64,000 nt of DNA from Clostridia bacterium (lineage in GTDB: Bacteria > Bacillota > Clostridia > Christensenellales > Pumilibacteraceae), in the NCBI GenBank assembly GCA_900767465.1, contig CAAGAW010000009.1:67537-131536 (forward strand). Direction: 5' to 3'. Every line of letters starts with the position of its first letter. Position 1 is the stretch's first letter. The position numbers and the translations under genes are program-made. This document shows, piece after piece, positions 10,805-21,076 of the stretch. The notes under the pieces were generated by a model that was not told the DNA's origin, did no database searches, and saw only the letters and a program-made list of their open reading frames with translations.

Positions 10805-13417
10805 ATGAGGAAAACAAGCAAATTTACGAAAATCGCGGCGTCCGCGCTCTGTCTCGTAACGGGCGCGGCGGCGACGTTCGGGTGCGGCGAAAAACCTATG
10901 CCACCGTACGATCCCGCAACTCGCACGCCCACCGACGCTAACGAAATCGCCTATACGATAGACGCGGACGATTACGGCTATTACAACAACTACGTCGAGT
11001 TTTACGACGGCGACGGCGACGTCTACGACATCGGCGATCCGTTCGTATTCCGGTTCGACGGCAAGTATTACCTTTACACCTCGCTAAACGGCGACAAAAA
11101 GAAAACCGGCAAAATTCCTTGCTGGTCGTCCGAAAACCTCGTCGACTGGCAGTGGGAAGGCTGGGCGTACGACCCGAAGTCGAGTTCGGAATCTTCCGAA
11201 ACGTACATAGCGTTCGCGCCCGAAGTAGTCTACTACAAAGGCTGGTTCTATATGTGCGAGTCGCGCAGAGGGCAGGGGCATTACTTCTTCCGCTCGGATA
11301 AGCCGCAAGGACCGTATACGAAAATTTCCGAAAACCTCGGCATGGGAATCGACGGATCGTTCCACCTTGCCGCCGACGGAAAACTGTATTTCCTTTCCGC
11401 CGAAAACGTGTACGCTAATCGTGTTTGTTGGTTCGAGATCGACTTTATCGAAGAGAACGGCGAGCCGAAAGTAGTCGTCGATCCGACCGCTTACCATATA
11501 ATCGACGACGCGTACGAATCCGGCTGGACGGAAGGACCGGGCGTATTTGCCCGCAATGGTTACGAATATCTTACCTACGCGGCAAACCACGTGGACGCGC
11601 CGCAGTATCGGGTAGCCTACTCGTACGCAAAGAACGCTATCGTGTTCGGCGATGCGGAAAACCTCAACTCGCCGTGGGATAACGTCACGCTCGTGTCTAC
11701 CGGTATCGACAATCCTGCCGTTCCCGGTTACGCAAGCAAAACGGGCAATACCGCGGTTACCGATTATCGCGGCTTAGGACACAGTTCCAACGTCGTCGGA
11801 CCTAACCTCGACAGCATTTACACCGCTTACCACAACGCGGGCAGAATCAACTACCGCAACGAAAACGACAACACGGGCGGAACGCGCAAGTTCAACGTAA
11901 CGCAATACTTCACCAACGAAGGTTACCTTCTTACCAACGGACTCGGCAACTACACCCGCACTAAACCCGAAATGCCCGACTATACGGCTTTGGCTTCCGT
12001 GCTTTCGGACGGTAAAAGCACGGAGTCGACCGGAAACGTTTTCACCGCCGAAATTTCTTTCCGTCTCACAGACGGCGCGGCGGAAGTCGTCGCGGGCGGA
12101 TCGACCGTTGCGATCAGCGGCGCAAACCTTACCGTGAAAAAGGGTAGCGAATCGCTCGCTCACGGAACCGTTCCGACCTCGACCAATCCCGACGCTATCC
12201 ATACCGTAAAGGTTATAAACGGCGCAAGCAAAGCGGAAATCTATTTCGACAACGTGCTTGCCGCAAAAACCTCCGTTTCGCTCGGCGCGGGCAAGATCGG
12301 TTACGGCGCGGGCGCGCGAGGCACTAGTCTTATGTTCACAAACGACGCTTTCGGAACGTCCGACTTCGACGCGGTAAAAGACCTTACCGGTTCGTTCCCC
12401 GCGTTTGCCTACCTCAAAGGCGAAAATCGCGGATTCTCGCTATCTAAGGGTAAACTCAACGCCAACGGCGTTCGTCAGGGCGAGAAAGAAACCACAAAAT
12501 CGGTTGCCGGCGCGAAAATCGCAAACTCGCTTTCCACCGAAAAAACGGGTAACGTACCCGTAACCGCAACGGTGCTCAGCCGCGGCGACTGGGTAAAATA
12601 CCTCGTCAACGCGCCCGCTGCCGACACGTACGCGCTCAACGCCCTTATCGGCAAGGAGAGCGCGGGTTGCACGTTCGAGATTATCGTCGATAACGAAACG
12701 ATAAGTAAGTTCGTCGTTCCCGTAGCGGCGGCGTTCGGCGATTCGGATTACGTCAACCTTTCGATCGGCAGTTTCGATTGCGGAGCCGGACTTCATACGC
12801 TCAAAATCCGAGTTTACGATGGCACGCTCGCGGTAGCCAACTTTTCGACGGTAAAGGGCGGCAATGGAGAAAACGTAACGAATACGCTCAAAAAGGACGA
12901 GGCTTCTTCTTCGCCGTTTGTCCGCAAAATGGGCAAAAATTCGAGTTACACGGCAAACGGACTTATTCTTAACCCTACGGACGACAAAACGTTGTTCCTT
13001 ACCGGCGAGAAGGGCGCGGCTAACTTTGAAATGAGCGTCAACGTTTCCGTCGTGCAAAGCGGCAGAGGCGGCATAATGTTCCGTATGAACGATTTCGGTT
13101 ACGCCACAGCCAAGGCTCAGCAACTCAACTGGCACGGCTACTATCTCGATATAAACGAAAACGCCGTAACGCTCACAAAGGACGGACACACCAAGAGCGA
13201 AAAACTTTTCTTCGGTCGTCCTGCGGCGTCGCTTAAAGGCGGTGCGGTCGTTAAAGTCACCGTCCGCGCCGAAAACGGTAATATCACGATTTCGATGAAC
13301 GATAACGTACTCGTTTCGCACTTCGATCCCGAGGCGTACCTCAGCGGGTATATCGGGCTTTACAGCGAAAAAGGCGCAATGTTTATTTACTCCGATTATT
13401 CGTATCGGACACTTTAA
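10805..13417 (+). CDS. glycoside hydrolase family 43-like lipoprotein with C-terminal CBM6/35-like and beta-sandwich domains
   Basis: Signal peptide with Cys. DPFVFRFDGKYYLY and GWAYDP five-bladed propeller motifs. GDWVKYLVNAPAADTYALNA is a CBM6-like block. Confidence 0.7.
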   Translation: MRKTSKFTKIAASALCLVTGAAATFGCGEKPMPPYDPATRTPTDANEIAYTIDADDYGYYNNYVEFYDGDGDVYDIGDPFVFRFDGKYYLYTSLNGDKKKTGKIPCWSSENLVDWQWEGWAYDPKSSSESSETYIAFAPEVVYYKGWFYMCESRRGQGHYFFRSDKPQGPYTKISENLGMGIDGSFHLAADGKLYFLSAENVYANRVCWFEIDFIEENGEPKVVVDPTAYHIIDDAYESGWTEGPGVFARNGYEYLTYAANHVDAPQYRVAYSYAKNAIVFGDAENLNSPWDNVTLVSTGIDNPAVPGYASKTGNTAVTDYRGLGHSSNVVGPNLDSIYTAYHNAGRINYRNENDNTGGTRKFNVTQYFTNEGYLLTNGLGNYTRTKPEMPDYTALASVLSDGKSTESTGNVFTAEISFRLTDGAAEVVAGGSTVAISGANLTVKKGSESLAHGTVPTSTNPDAIHTVKVINGASKAEIYFDNVLAAKTSVSLGAGKIGYGAGARGTSLMFTNDAFGTSDFDAVKDLTGSFPAFAYLKGENRGFSLSKGKLNANGVRQGEKETTKSVAGAKIANSLSTEKTGNVPVTATVLSRGDWVKYLVNAPAADTYALNALIGKESAGCTFEIIVDNETISKFVVPVAAAFGDSDYVNLSIGSFDCGAGLHTLKIRVYDGTLAVANFSTVKGGNGENVTNTLKKDEASSSPFVRKMGKNSSYTANGLILNPTDDKTLFLTGEKGAANFEMSVNVSVVQSGRGGIMFRMNDFGYATAKAQQLNWHGYYLDINENAVTLTKDGHTKSEKLFFGRPAASLKGGAVVKVTVRAENGNITISMNDNVLVSHFDPEAYLSGYIGLYSEKGAMFIYSDYSYRTL

Positions 13418-13434
13418 GACAGGAGGATTAAATT

Positions 13435-14931
13435 ATGAAAACGAAAAAGTTAGCGGCGCTTCTGCTCGCGGGACTTATGACTTTCGCAACGCTCACCGGT
13501 TGCGGCGGCAATTCAAACGTCGACGACGGTACGGGCAAAGAGTGGGAGTCGCTTAAACACAACGACCTTGTTTCGATCGAATTCTGGGGCAGAGACGAGG
13601 GAACGGAAGAGGTAAATTACCGCAACTACATCAACACGTTCAACTCCGAGCATAGCAATATCGTCGTTTCCGTCAAGTGGGAAACGGACGCTCTGGCGTA
13701 TAACAGCGCGCTCGACGGCAAAGGGAACAACCTTCCCGACGTGTTCATGCTTTCCAACGCAATGTTCACCTCTTACGCGGCAAGCGGCAAACTCGCAAAT
13801 ATCCGCTCGCACGTGGACGACGCGGTGCTTAACGATCTTTACGAAAACGCATACGAAGTTTATTACTTCGATCACTCGACCAAAAAAGTCGGCAAAACGG
13901 ACTCAGCCGCGCTTTACGGACTTCCCAAAGATCAGGGACCGTACGCGCTTTGCTACAACGAGGATCTGCTCACGAAAGCGGCAAACGCGTATAACGCAAC
14001 CGCCGCAGAGAAAGACAAGATCGATCTCGGCCGCGTCACCGATCCCAAAAACCCGATGACTTTCGGCGAGTTTATCGACCTAGGCAAAAAACTTAAAACC
14101 CAACTCAAAACCGGCACGGAAGCAGAATACGTATGTTCCGGTTACGATATGGAAAGCGCGGTTTACTCGAATAACGCCAACTTCTTCACCGACGACAGCG
14201 GCAGAACGGCTGCTATCGACTCGGATAACTTCGTAGGCGCGATCCGGTTTATGCAGAATCTCTACAAAGAGGGGATCCTGCCTTCCGCCGGCACGAGTTC
14301 GCAGAACGCCGAAAACCTCTTCAAGCAAGGAAGAGCGATATTCTTCTACGCCGGTCCGTGGAAGCAGAAAACCTACTGGAAAGAAATCGACGTCGATACC
14401 AACGCAAAACGCTTTGCGTGGAATATTCTTCCCGTGCTTTGCGGCGACGCGGAAGGCTCGGTTTCCACGGCTTATATGGGCGGTATGTGCTACGCGATTT
14501 CGCGCAACTGCAAGTACAAAGACGCCGCGCTCGAACTCGTCAGATACCTTTCCGCCGACAGCGGTTCGCAGCGTAACCAGTATCGCAGCGGACAGTGTAT
14601 TCCCAACCTCAAAAGCCTTGCGGAAGAGTATTCGACCGACAGCAAAGGGCTTCTCGGCGACAAGAACCCCGCCAACCGCAGCGTATGGATCGATTGCGTA
14701 AACGGCACGAGCGCGACCGACAAAATCACAGCGAAATACCGCGCCGCGTCTTATACCTTTACCGACACGTGGCAGACCAACCTCAACACGTATATGCGCA
14801 CCGGCGAGTACGGCTCGTTCTGGGAAGCAAAGGGCGGTCAGTGGGTGGACGTAAAAGCCGCTCTTACGGCTTATAAACCGACCATGCAGGAAGCGCTCGA
14901 CAACGACGCGAGAAGACTCGACAGAATGTAA
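13435..14931 (+). CDS. carbohydrate ABC transporter substrate-binding lipoprotein (SBP family 1)
   Basis: Lipobox LTGC, size and composition typical of a CUT1 sugar-binding protein. Directly upstream of two permease genes. Confidence 0.75.
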   Translation: MKTKKLAALLLAGLMTFATLTGCGGNSNVDDGTGKEWESLKHNDLVSIEFWGRDEGTEEVNYRNYINTFNSEHSNIVVSVKWETDALAYNSALDGKGNNLPDVFMLSNAMFTSYAASGKLANIRSHVDDAVLNDLYENAYEVYYFDHSTKKVGKTDSAALYGLPKDQGPYALCYNEDLLTKAANAYNATAAEKDKIDLGRVTDPKNPMTFGEFIDLGKKLKTQLKTGTEAEYVCSGYDMESAVYSNNANFFTDDSGRTAAIDSDNFVGAIRFMQNLYKEGILPSAGTSSQNAENLFKQGRAIFFYAGPWKQKTYWKEIDVDTNAKRFAWNILPVLCGDAEGSVSTAYMGGMCYAISRNCKYKDAALELVRYLSADSGSQRNQYRSGQCIPNLKSLAEEYSTDSKGLLGDKNPANRSVWIDCVNGTSATDKITAKYRAASYTFTDTWQTNLNTYMRTGEYGSFWEAKGGQWVDVKAALTAYKPTMQEALDNDARRLDRM

Positions 14932-14946
14932 TTACCGGAGGAAACG

Positions 14947-15936
14947 ATGACGGCTTACGAAGAAATCGCAACCGTATCCGAACCGGCGCAGGCGGGCAGG
15001 ATGACGTCTCTTGCCCCCGCGCCGAAAAAAGGAACGAGCAAACTGAAACAGAAAGAACATATTACCGCGCTTGCGTTTATTTCGGTCAAGTACGTCGGAC
15101 TTTTCATCTTCACGCTACTGCCGCTGTTATTAGCGTTATTGTACGGTTTTACCGACTATACCGGCGCGGACACGGGAAAGCCGTTCTTTTCGCAACTCGA
15201 CAAATTATGGCTCGGATTCGGTAACTACAAGGCTTTGTTCGCAAGCCTTACTTACCGCAAACCGTTCCTTAACGCGATAAAGAACAATCTTATTTTTCTT
15301 ATCAGCGTTCCGCTCGGAATCTTTTTCGGTCTTATCGTGGCGTTCCTTCTTTCGCAGGGACGTAAAGTATACGGCTCTAAAATCATTCGTATGCTAATCT
15401 ACGTTCCCGTCGTCTCGTCGGCTGTCGCGATGGCGATAATCTGGCAGTACATATTCGATAACGAGTACGGTATCATCAATCAGGTTCTCGGGGTCAATAT
15501 TCCGTGGATGACTAACTCAGGCTGGCTCAAAGTCGCCATCATCATAAAAACGGTATGGGGAAGCCTCGGCAGAACGATGATCCTTTGTATCGCCGGTCTT
15601 ATGGCGGTGTCCAAGGACTATTACGAAGCCGCCGAAATCGACGGAGCAAACCGCTTTACGCAGTTTTTCAAAATTTCGATTCCGCTCATTTCGCCCACGC
15701 TGTTCTATCTTCTTTGCACCGGAGTTATCGGAAATTTACAGTCGTACGTAGATTCGGAAGTTTTCGCGAATAAGCATTCCGGCGGACAGACGATAGTGTA
15801 TTTTATCTGGGAGTACGGAATCCGCAAAGGTTTGTACGGTCTTGCGTCCGCGGCGTCGTTCGTCCTTTCGATCAGCATTATGATCATTACGTTCGCGCAG
15901 TTCAAGATATCCGAAAAATGGGTTTACAGCGAGTAG
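14947..15936 (+). CDS. carbohydrate ABC transporter permease (MalF/UgpA-like)
   Basis: Six or more TM segments and the EAA loop EAAEIDGANRFTQFFKISIP. GGAGG RBS. Confidence 0.8.
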   Translation: MTAYEEIATVSEPAQAGRMTSLAPAPKKGTSKLKQKEHITALAFISVKYVGLFIFTLLPLLLALLYGFTDYTGADTGKPFFSQLDKLWLGFGNYKALFASLTYRKPFLNAIKNNLIFLISVPLGIFFGLIVAFLLSQGRKVYGSKIIRMLIYVPVVSSAVAMAIIWQYIFDNEYGIINQVLGVNIPWMTNSGWLKVAIIIKTVWGSLGRTMILCIAGLMAVSKDYYEAAEIDGANRFTQFFKISIPLISPTLFYLLCTGVIGNLQSYVDSEVFANKHSGGQTIVYFIWEYGIRKGLYGLASAASFVLSISIMIITFAQFKISEKWVYSE

Positions 15937-15945
15937 GAGGGGTCT

Positions 15946-16851
15946 ATGGAAAACGATAATTTCACAAGTCTGCCCGCAACCCGGCTCGCTCCGCCCGCGA
16001 AAACCGTTCGCGAATCCGTAAAAGTAAAAGACGTAGTTTCGTACGTAATAATCTATCTGTTCCTCATACTCGTGTGCTTTACTTGCGTGTTTCCGTTCTT
16101 CTGGATGATAACGTCAAGTCTCAAATACGCGCACGAAGTCAACTCGTTCACGCTCAGGATTTTCCCCGAAAGTCCGCAGTGGAGCAATTACGCCGAAGTT
16201 TTCCGGCAAAGCAACAATCTCTTCCGCGGCGTTCTCAACACACTGATCGTCGAAGTCGCGACGATTCCCGTTTGCGTGTTTATTTCGGGAATGTCGGCGT
16301 TCGCGTTCTCGAAAATGGAGCTTAAACACAAAGACGCGCACCTTATGATCCAACTCAGCGCGCTTATGATTCCTTACGCGTGCCTTATGCTCCCGCTTTA
16401 TCGCGCGTATAACACACTTAACCTCGTCGATACGCTGTGGCCGCTTATTCTGCCATCGCTGTTCGGCGGCGTGTCCATGATGTTCTTCTTCGTCCAGTAT
16501 CAGCGCGGGATTCCGTCGGCGATATTCGAGGCGGCAAAAGTGGACGGAGCGGGGTATATGCGACAGTACTGCACGATAATGATACCTCTTATGGGACCCG
16601 CTATCGCCGCGCAAGTCATATTTATGTTCGTCGGAACGTGGAACGACTACCTCGCGCCGTCGATCTACATCACTTCGGCAAACGTGCGCACCCTGCAGAT
16701 AATGGTTCGTTCGCTTGCGTCCGACACCAGCCTTCCGAAACCCATCGCGTTTGCGGGAGCGGTCGTAGCGTGTCTGCCGCTTTACGTAATCTATATCGCG
16801 TTCCAGCGTTTCTTTATCGAAGGACTTGCCGTGGGAGGAGTTAAAGGCTGA
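15946..16851 (+). CDS. carbohydrate ABC transporter permease (MalG/UgpE-like)
   Basis: EAA loop EAAKVDGAGYMRQYCTIMIP. GGAGG RBS. Confidence 0.8.
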   Translation: MENDNFTSLPATRLAPPAKTVRESVKVKDVVSYVIIYLFLILVCFTCVFPFFWMITSSLKYAHEVNSFTLRIFPESPQWSNYAEVFRQSNNLFRGVLNTLIVEVATIPVCVFISGMSAFAFSKMELKHKDAHLMIQLSALMIPYACLMLPLYRAYNTLNLVDTLWPLILPSLFGGVSMMFFFVQYQRGIPSAIFEAAKVDGAGYMRQYCTIMIPLMGPAIAAQVIFMFVGTWNDYLAPSIYITSANVRTLQIMVRSLASDTSLPKPIAFAGAVVACLPLYVIYIAFQRFFIEGLAVGGVKG

Positions 16852-18638
16852 TGAAACACGCAAAATGCTACAAAAAAGGGTATCCTCGACCGCGTTTTGT
16901 GCGCGACAACTTCACGTCGCTCGACGGAGAGTGGAATTTCGCGTTTGACGACGAAAACGCCGGCGAGCGCAAAAAATGGTACAAGACGGGCGTAAACGAC
17001 CTTAAAATCAACGTTCCGTTCGCGTATCAATGCGCTTTAAGCGGAATAAACGTCGACGACCGCCACGAAATCGTGTGGTATTCGCGCACGTTTACCGCCG
17101 TAAAAAAACGAAACAAACGGCTGCTTATCAACTTCGAGGGCGCGGATCACGAAGCCAAAGTCTGGCTTAACGGCGAACTTCTCGGCACCCACGCCGGCGG
17201 CTATACGCGCTTTACGTTCGACCTTACCGACTACCTCAAAAACGGCGAAAATCTGCTCGTCGTAAAATGCGTCGACCGCCGTTCGGCTCTTACCGTGCGC
17301 GGAAAGCAACGCTACGTCGAGAAAAACGTTTCCTGCTTTTACACCGATACCACCGGAATATGGAAACCCGTCTGGCTCGAAGAGGTCGGCGACGGTTACC
17401 TTTTCGGAGTAAGCGCGCTTTGCAACTACTCGGAATGCGAAGCGGTTGTCGAATATAAAATTCAACGGTTCACCGACGGACTGTCGCTCGAAACGCGGCT
17501 GTATTTCGACGGCGAATTCGTCCGCACGACCGAAGTGACCTGCGACGACGACTACGGCAAAATCAAACTCGATCTGACGTTAAAAAACAAGGTTTTACCC
17601 ATGAAGCCGTGGAGCGCGGGCAGATCCGGACAGTTTTTCGACGTCGAGTATATCTTAAAAAAGAACGGCAAAGAAATCGATCGGGCGGGCAGTTACGTCG
17701 GACTCGTCGATTATCGCGTCCGCGGCAACGAAATTCAACTCAACTACCTGTCGTGTTTGTATATGCGTATGGTTCTCGATCAGGGCTACTTCGAGGGCGG
17801 CGACCTTACCGCTCCGGACGAAGGAGCGTTGACGGCGGACGTTGAACTTATAAAGCAGGCGGGATTCAACGGCGTACGGATTCACCAGAAAATAGAGGAC
17901 GAGCGATTCTATTACTATTGCGATATGCTCGGGCTGTATTTCTGGCTCGAAATGCCGGCGTTTTACGATTTCACCTCCGCCTCGGCTGAGGCCGCAACCC
18001 GCGAATGGTCGGAAATCGTAAATCAGTACAAGGGCTATCTTTCGCTTATGGCGTACGTTCCCGTCAACGAAAGCTGGGGCGTGCTGCAAACGTCCGAAAA
18101 CGAAAAAATGCAAGCGTTCACGGCGGGGCTTTATTACCTCACCAAGTCGCTTGACCCGACACGCCTCGTTATTTCCAACGACGGCTGGGAACACACGATC
18201 AGCGACGTCGCGACGCTTCATAACTACGCCCAAACGGGCAAGGAAATCAAACTCGCTTATTCGGATATGCAAGGTTTTATGAACGGGAAAATGCCGCTCG
18301 ACCTTCATACGCGCTCGCCTTACGCGGACGGTTTTTCGTACGGCGGACAGCCGGTTATCATAAGCGAATACGGCGGAGTGGCGTACGCGGGCGACCAAAG
18401 CGGCTGGGGATACGGCGAATCGGCAGTCAGCGAAGACGGGTACGTAAACCGCGTCCGCGATCTTACCGCCGCGATAGTCGGACTCAAAGATTGTCAGGGG
18501 TATTGCTATACTCAGTTTACCGACGTAATGCAGGAGCAGAACGGGCTTTTCAGGATCGACCGTTCGCCCAAAATTTCAATAGACAAAATGCGCAAAATCA
18601 ACGGAATCACCCGCAGCGCGACGATAGAGGAGGTCTGA
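16851..18638 (+). CDS. glycoside hydrolase family 2 protein (beta-galactosidase/mannosidase/glucuronidase-like)
   Basis: GH2 N-terminal sugar-binding motifs (DGEWNF, HAGGYTRFTFDLT, GENLL.V.V) and the clan GH-A NESWG acid/base motif. TGATG stop/start overlap with the upstream permease. Confidence 0.7.
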   Translation: MKHAKCYKKGYPRPRFVRDNFTSLDGEWNFAFDDENAGERKKWYKTGVNDLKINVPFAYQCALSGINVDDRHEIVWYSRTFTAVKKRNKRLLINFEGADHEAKVWLNGELLGTHAGGYTRFTFDLTDYLKNGENLLVVKCVDRRSALTVRGKQRYVEKNVSCFYTDTTGIWKPVWLEEVGDGYLFGVSALCNYSECEAVVEYKIQRFTDGLSLETRLYFDGEFVRTTEVTCDDDYGKIKLDLTLKNKVLPMKPWSAGRSGQFFDVEYILKKNGKEIDRAGSYVGLVDYRVRGNEIQLNYLSCLYMRMVLDQGYFEGGDLTAPDEGALTADVELIKQAGFNGVRIHQKIEDERFYYYCDMLGLYFWLEMPAFYDFTSASAEAATREWSEIVNQYKGYLSLMAYVPVNESWGVLQTSENEKMQAFTAGLYYLTKSLDPTRLVISNDGWEHTISDVATLHNYAQTGKEIKLAYSDMQGFMNGKMPLDLHTRSPYADGFSYGGQPVIISEYGGVAYAGDQSGWGYGESAVSEDGYVNRVRDLTAAIVGLKDCQGYCYTQFTDVMQEQNGLFRIDRSPKISIDKMRKINGITRSATIEEV

Positions 18639-18640
18639 CC

Positions 18641-19756
18641 ATGGCAGAAATCAAAGGCAAATGGAGTAAAGAACGCGCGTGGGAGTGGTATAACGCCCAG
18701 CCGTGGATAAGAGGGTTCAACGGTTATCCGTCCAACTGCGTAAATCGCGTCGCGATGTGGCAGCGGTATAATCACAAGGAAGTTTTCGATCAGATCGCGT
18801 ACGAATTCGATATTGCCCGTCAGACGGGATTCAACGCCGTGCGCGCGATAATTCAGTTCGAGGTGTGGTATTACGAACACGACTCGTTTATGTCCAACCT
18901 CGAAGAATATCTTACGCTTGCGGACAGTTACGGAATCAAAGTAATGCTTACGCTCGGTAACGACTGTACCGTCCCCAAAGACAGGTTCAGACAGGTCGTT
19001 TTCGGCGAGCAGAACGTCGACTGGGGGTATCACAGCGGCATAAAAGCGGGTCCGCACGCGGCAGGATACAACGAACCCGGGTATTGCCTTCTCGACGAGC
19101 CGGATATCGAGCCGTTCTACTACAAAATGGTGGACGAGATCGCCGCGAAGTACGCCCATGACGAGCGTATTCAGATCTGGGACGTGTGGAACGAGCCGGG
19201 CAACGGCAGACGTTACGACCTCAGCCGCAAAGCAATGGAAAAGTTCTTCGAAATTATCCGCTCGTACGATCCGATTCAGCCGCTTACGGCGGATTGCTGG
19301 AGTTACGAGGACGATTTTTCTCAGCCTCGCCGCGACATCGAAAAAGTCGCGCTCGAACTCAGCGACGTAATCACTTTCCACTATTACGGATCATACGAAA
19401 ATATGATACGTATTATCGAAAACCTGCGTGAAAAATACGGCCGCCCGCTTATCAACAACGAGTGGCTCAATCGTATCGCGGGCAACGACGTAGCCGAACT
19501 TTTTCCGCTGTTCTACCTCGAAAAAATCGGTTCGTACCACTGGGGACTGATTCAGGGCTACTCGCAGACTTACGAGCCGTGGGGGCATTATTTCGTCGAT
19601 TACCTTAAAGAGGGATCGACTCTCGACCTTCGTCTTTGGCAGCACGATCTCTATCGTTTCAACGGCTTGCCATACGACGTAAAGGAAATTAAAATCATCG
19701 AAAAGTTCTGTGCACTCGCCGACGAGAGAGATCGTAAAAGCGGAGTTCTGAAATGA
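18641..19756 (+). CDS. clan GH-A glycoside hydrolase (GH5-like TIM barrel)
   Basis: AWEWYNAQPWIRGFNGYPSNCVNRVAMWQ N-terminus and the WDVWNEPG catalytic NEP motif. GGAGG RBS before the ATG at 18641; the ORF-track start at 18491 overlaps the GH2 gene and is probably too early. Confidence 0.6.
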   Translation: MAEIKGKWSKERAWEWYNAQPWIRGFNGYPSNCVNRVAMWQRYNHKEVFDQIAYEFDIARQTGFNAVRAIIQFEVWYYEHDSFMSNLEEYLTLADSYGIKVMLTLGNDCTVPKDRFRQVVFGEQNVDWGYHSGIKAGPHAAGYNEPGYCLLDEPDIEPFYYKMVDEIAAKYAHDERIQIWDVWNEPGNGRRYDLSRKAMEKFFEIIRSYDPIQPLTADCWSYEDDFSQPRRDIEKVALELSDVITFHYYGSYENMIRIIENLREKYGRPLINNEWLNRIAGNDVAELFPLFYLEKIGSYHWGLIQGYSQTYEPWGHYFVDYLKEGSTLDLRLWQHDLYRFNGLPYDVKEIKIIEKFCALADERDRKSGVLK

Positions 19757-20970
19757 AAAACCGAATCAAAAAAATTTTTGCGGCGTTGTGTGCGCTCGTA
19801 CTTGCTTTGACGGCGGGCGCGTGCTTTGCGGCGTGCGGCGAATCCGAACCGGAACAGCCGATAGACAAAATCGCGCTCACTCAGAATGCGACGGACTACT
19901 CGAAATACGTTAATACGTACGGCAGAGTTTTCTACAACTCCGATCTCGGCGGCGTAACGTTCATAAACAGCGCGTCGGGATTCGAAGTGCGTTTCCGCGG
20001 AACCGAGCTCCGCGCCGAAGTTCAGACGGTATCGGGAGGTGGATCGTACCCAAACGGTATGTTTTCGGTGTTTGTTGACGGCGAAACCGACTCGAACGCC
20101 AAGATTCTCAAAACCGAAAGATCTGTCGGCGGAGTCTCGGACGAAGTGACGATAGCGGAGGGTCTTACCGACGGCGAACACGTCGTAAAAGTGCTTAAAC
20201 GCACACCGTCCAACCGCGATCGGCTTATCGTTTCGCAAATTTCCACCGACGGCGAAATTCTTCCCGCACCCGCAAAACCGAGCCTTAATATCGAGTTTTA
20301 CGGTGATTCGATCACGTGCGGCGAAGGCGTGCTTCGAGCGTACAAAGACGAAAACGGCAATATCAAGGACAGCGCGCTGTACACTCAGGAAACGCAAAAC
20401 GTGTTTCAGTCGTACGCGGGCGAGTGCGCAAAAGATCTCGGCGCGGCATTTCGCGTATTCGGGCGCGGAGGCATCGCGCTTAAATATACCGACTTCACCA
20501 AAGAACGGTATACCGTCGCAAACAACTACGGCAGCATGGCGGTAGATCTTGCCGCCGCCGAGTATCCGTACGACTACAATTCGTACCGTCCCGACGCGGT
20601 TGTAATTTACCTCGGCACCAACGATTATTTCCGTTCGCAAAAAGGTACGGCCAAGGACGATAACGGAGTCGCGTACTCAAAAGGCGGAATGAAGATCGCC
20701 GTCGTTAATTTTGTGCGCGACGTTATAGGGCGGTATTACGGCAAAAATATCCCGGTATTCGTTTGCTCTAATCTGATGGCTCCGGGCTCCGGACTCGACG
20801 TGATAATGGAAAACGCGGTAACCGAACTGAAATCCGATTTTCCGAACGCCGTCGCGGTCAAGTTCGACAAGGGCGTTACTACCGACAAAGGCGGGCACCC
20901 CGTCGTAGAGGACAGCGAAATTGCCGGAGCGAAACTCGCAGGCGAAATCCGCAGAGTTCTCGGAATCTGA
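19753..20970 (+). CDS. SGNH/GDSL hydrolase lipoprotein with N-terminal beta-sandwich (CE2-like carbohydrate esterase)
   Basis: Lipoprotein signal (LTAGACFAACG), GDSITCGEG block and DxxH-type C-terminal SGNH motifs. ATGA overlap with the upstream gene. Confidence 0.6.
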   Translation: MKNRIKKIFAALCALVLALTAGACFAACGESEPEQPIDKIALTQNATDYSKYVNTYGRVFYNSDLGGVTFINSASGFEVRFRGTELRAEVQTVSGGGSYPNGMFSVFVDGETDSNAKILKTERSVGGVSDEVTIAEGLTDGEHVVKVLKRTPSNRDRLIVSQISTDGEILPAPAKPSLNIEFYGDSITCGEGVLRAYKDENGNIKDSALYTQETQNVFQSYAGECAKDLGAAFRVFGRGGIALKYTDFTKERYTVANNYGSMAVDLAAAEYPYDYNSYRPDAVVIYLGTNDYFRSQKGTAKDDNGVAYSKGGMKIAVVNFVRDVIGRYYGKNIPVFVCSNLMAPGSGLDVIMENAVTELKSDFPNAVAVKFDKGVTTDKGGHPVVEDSEIAGAKLAGEIRRVLGI

Positions 20971-21076
20971 TACGAACGATTCACTCAAAGCCGCTCTTGC
21001 CGAACGGGGAGCGGTTTTTTGTACGCTTTATTCGCTAATCCTTGCATTATTTCGCAAAATGTGTTAAAATAAACGT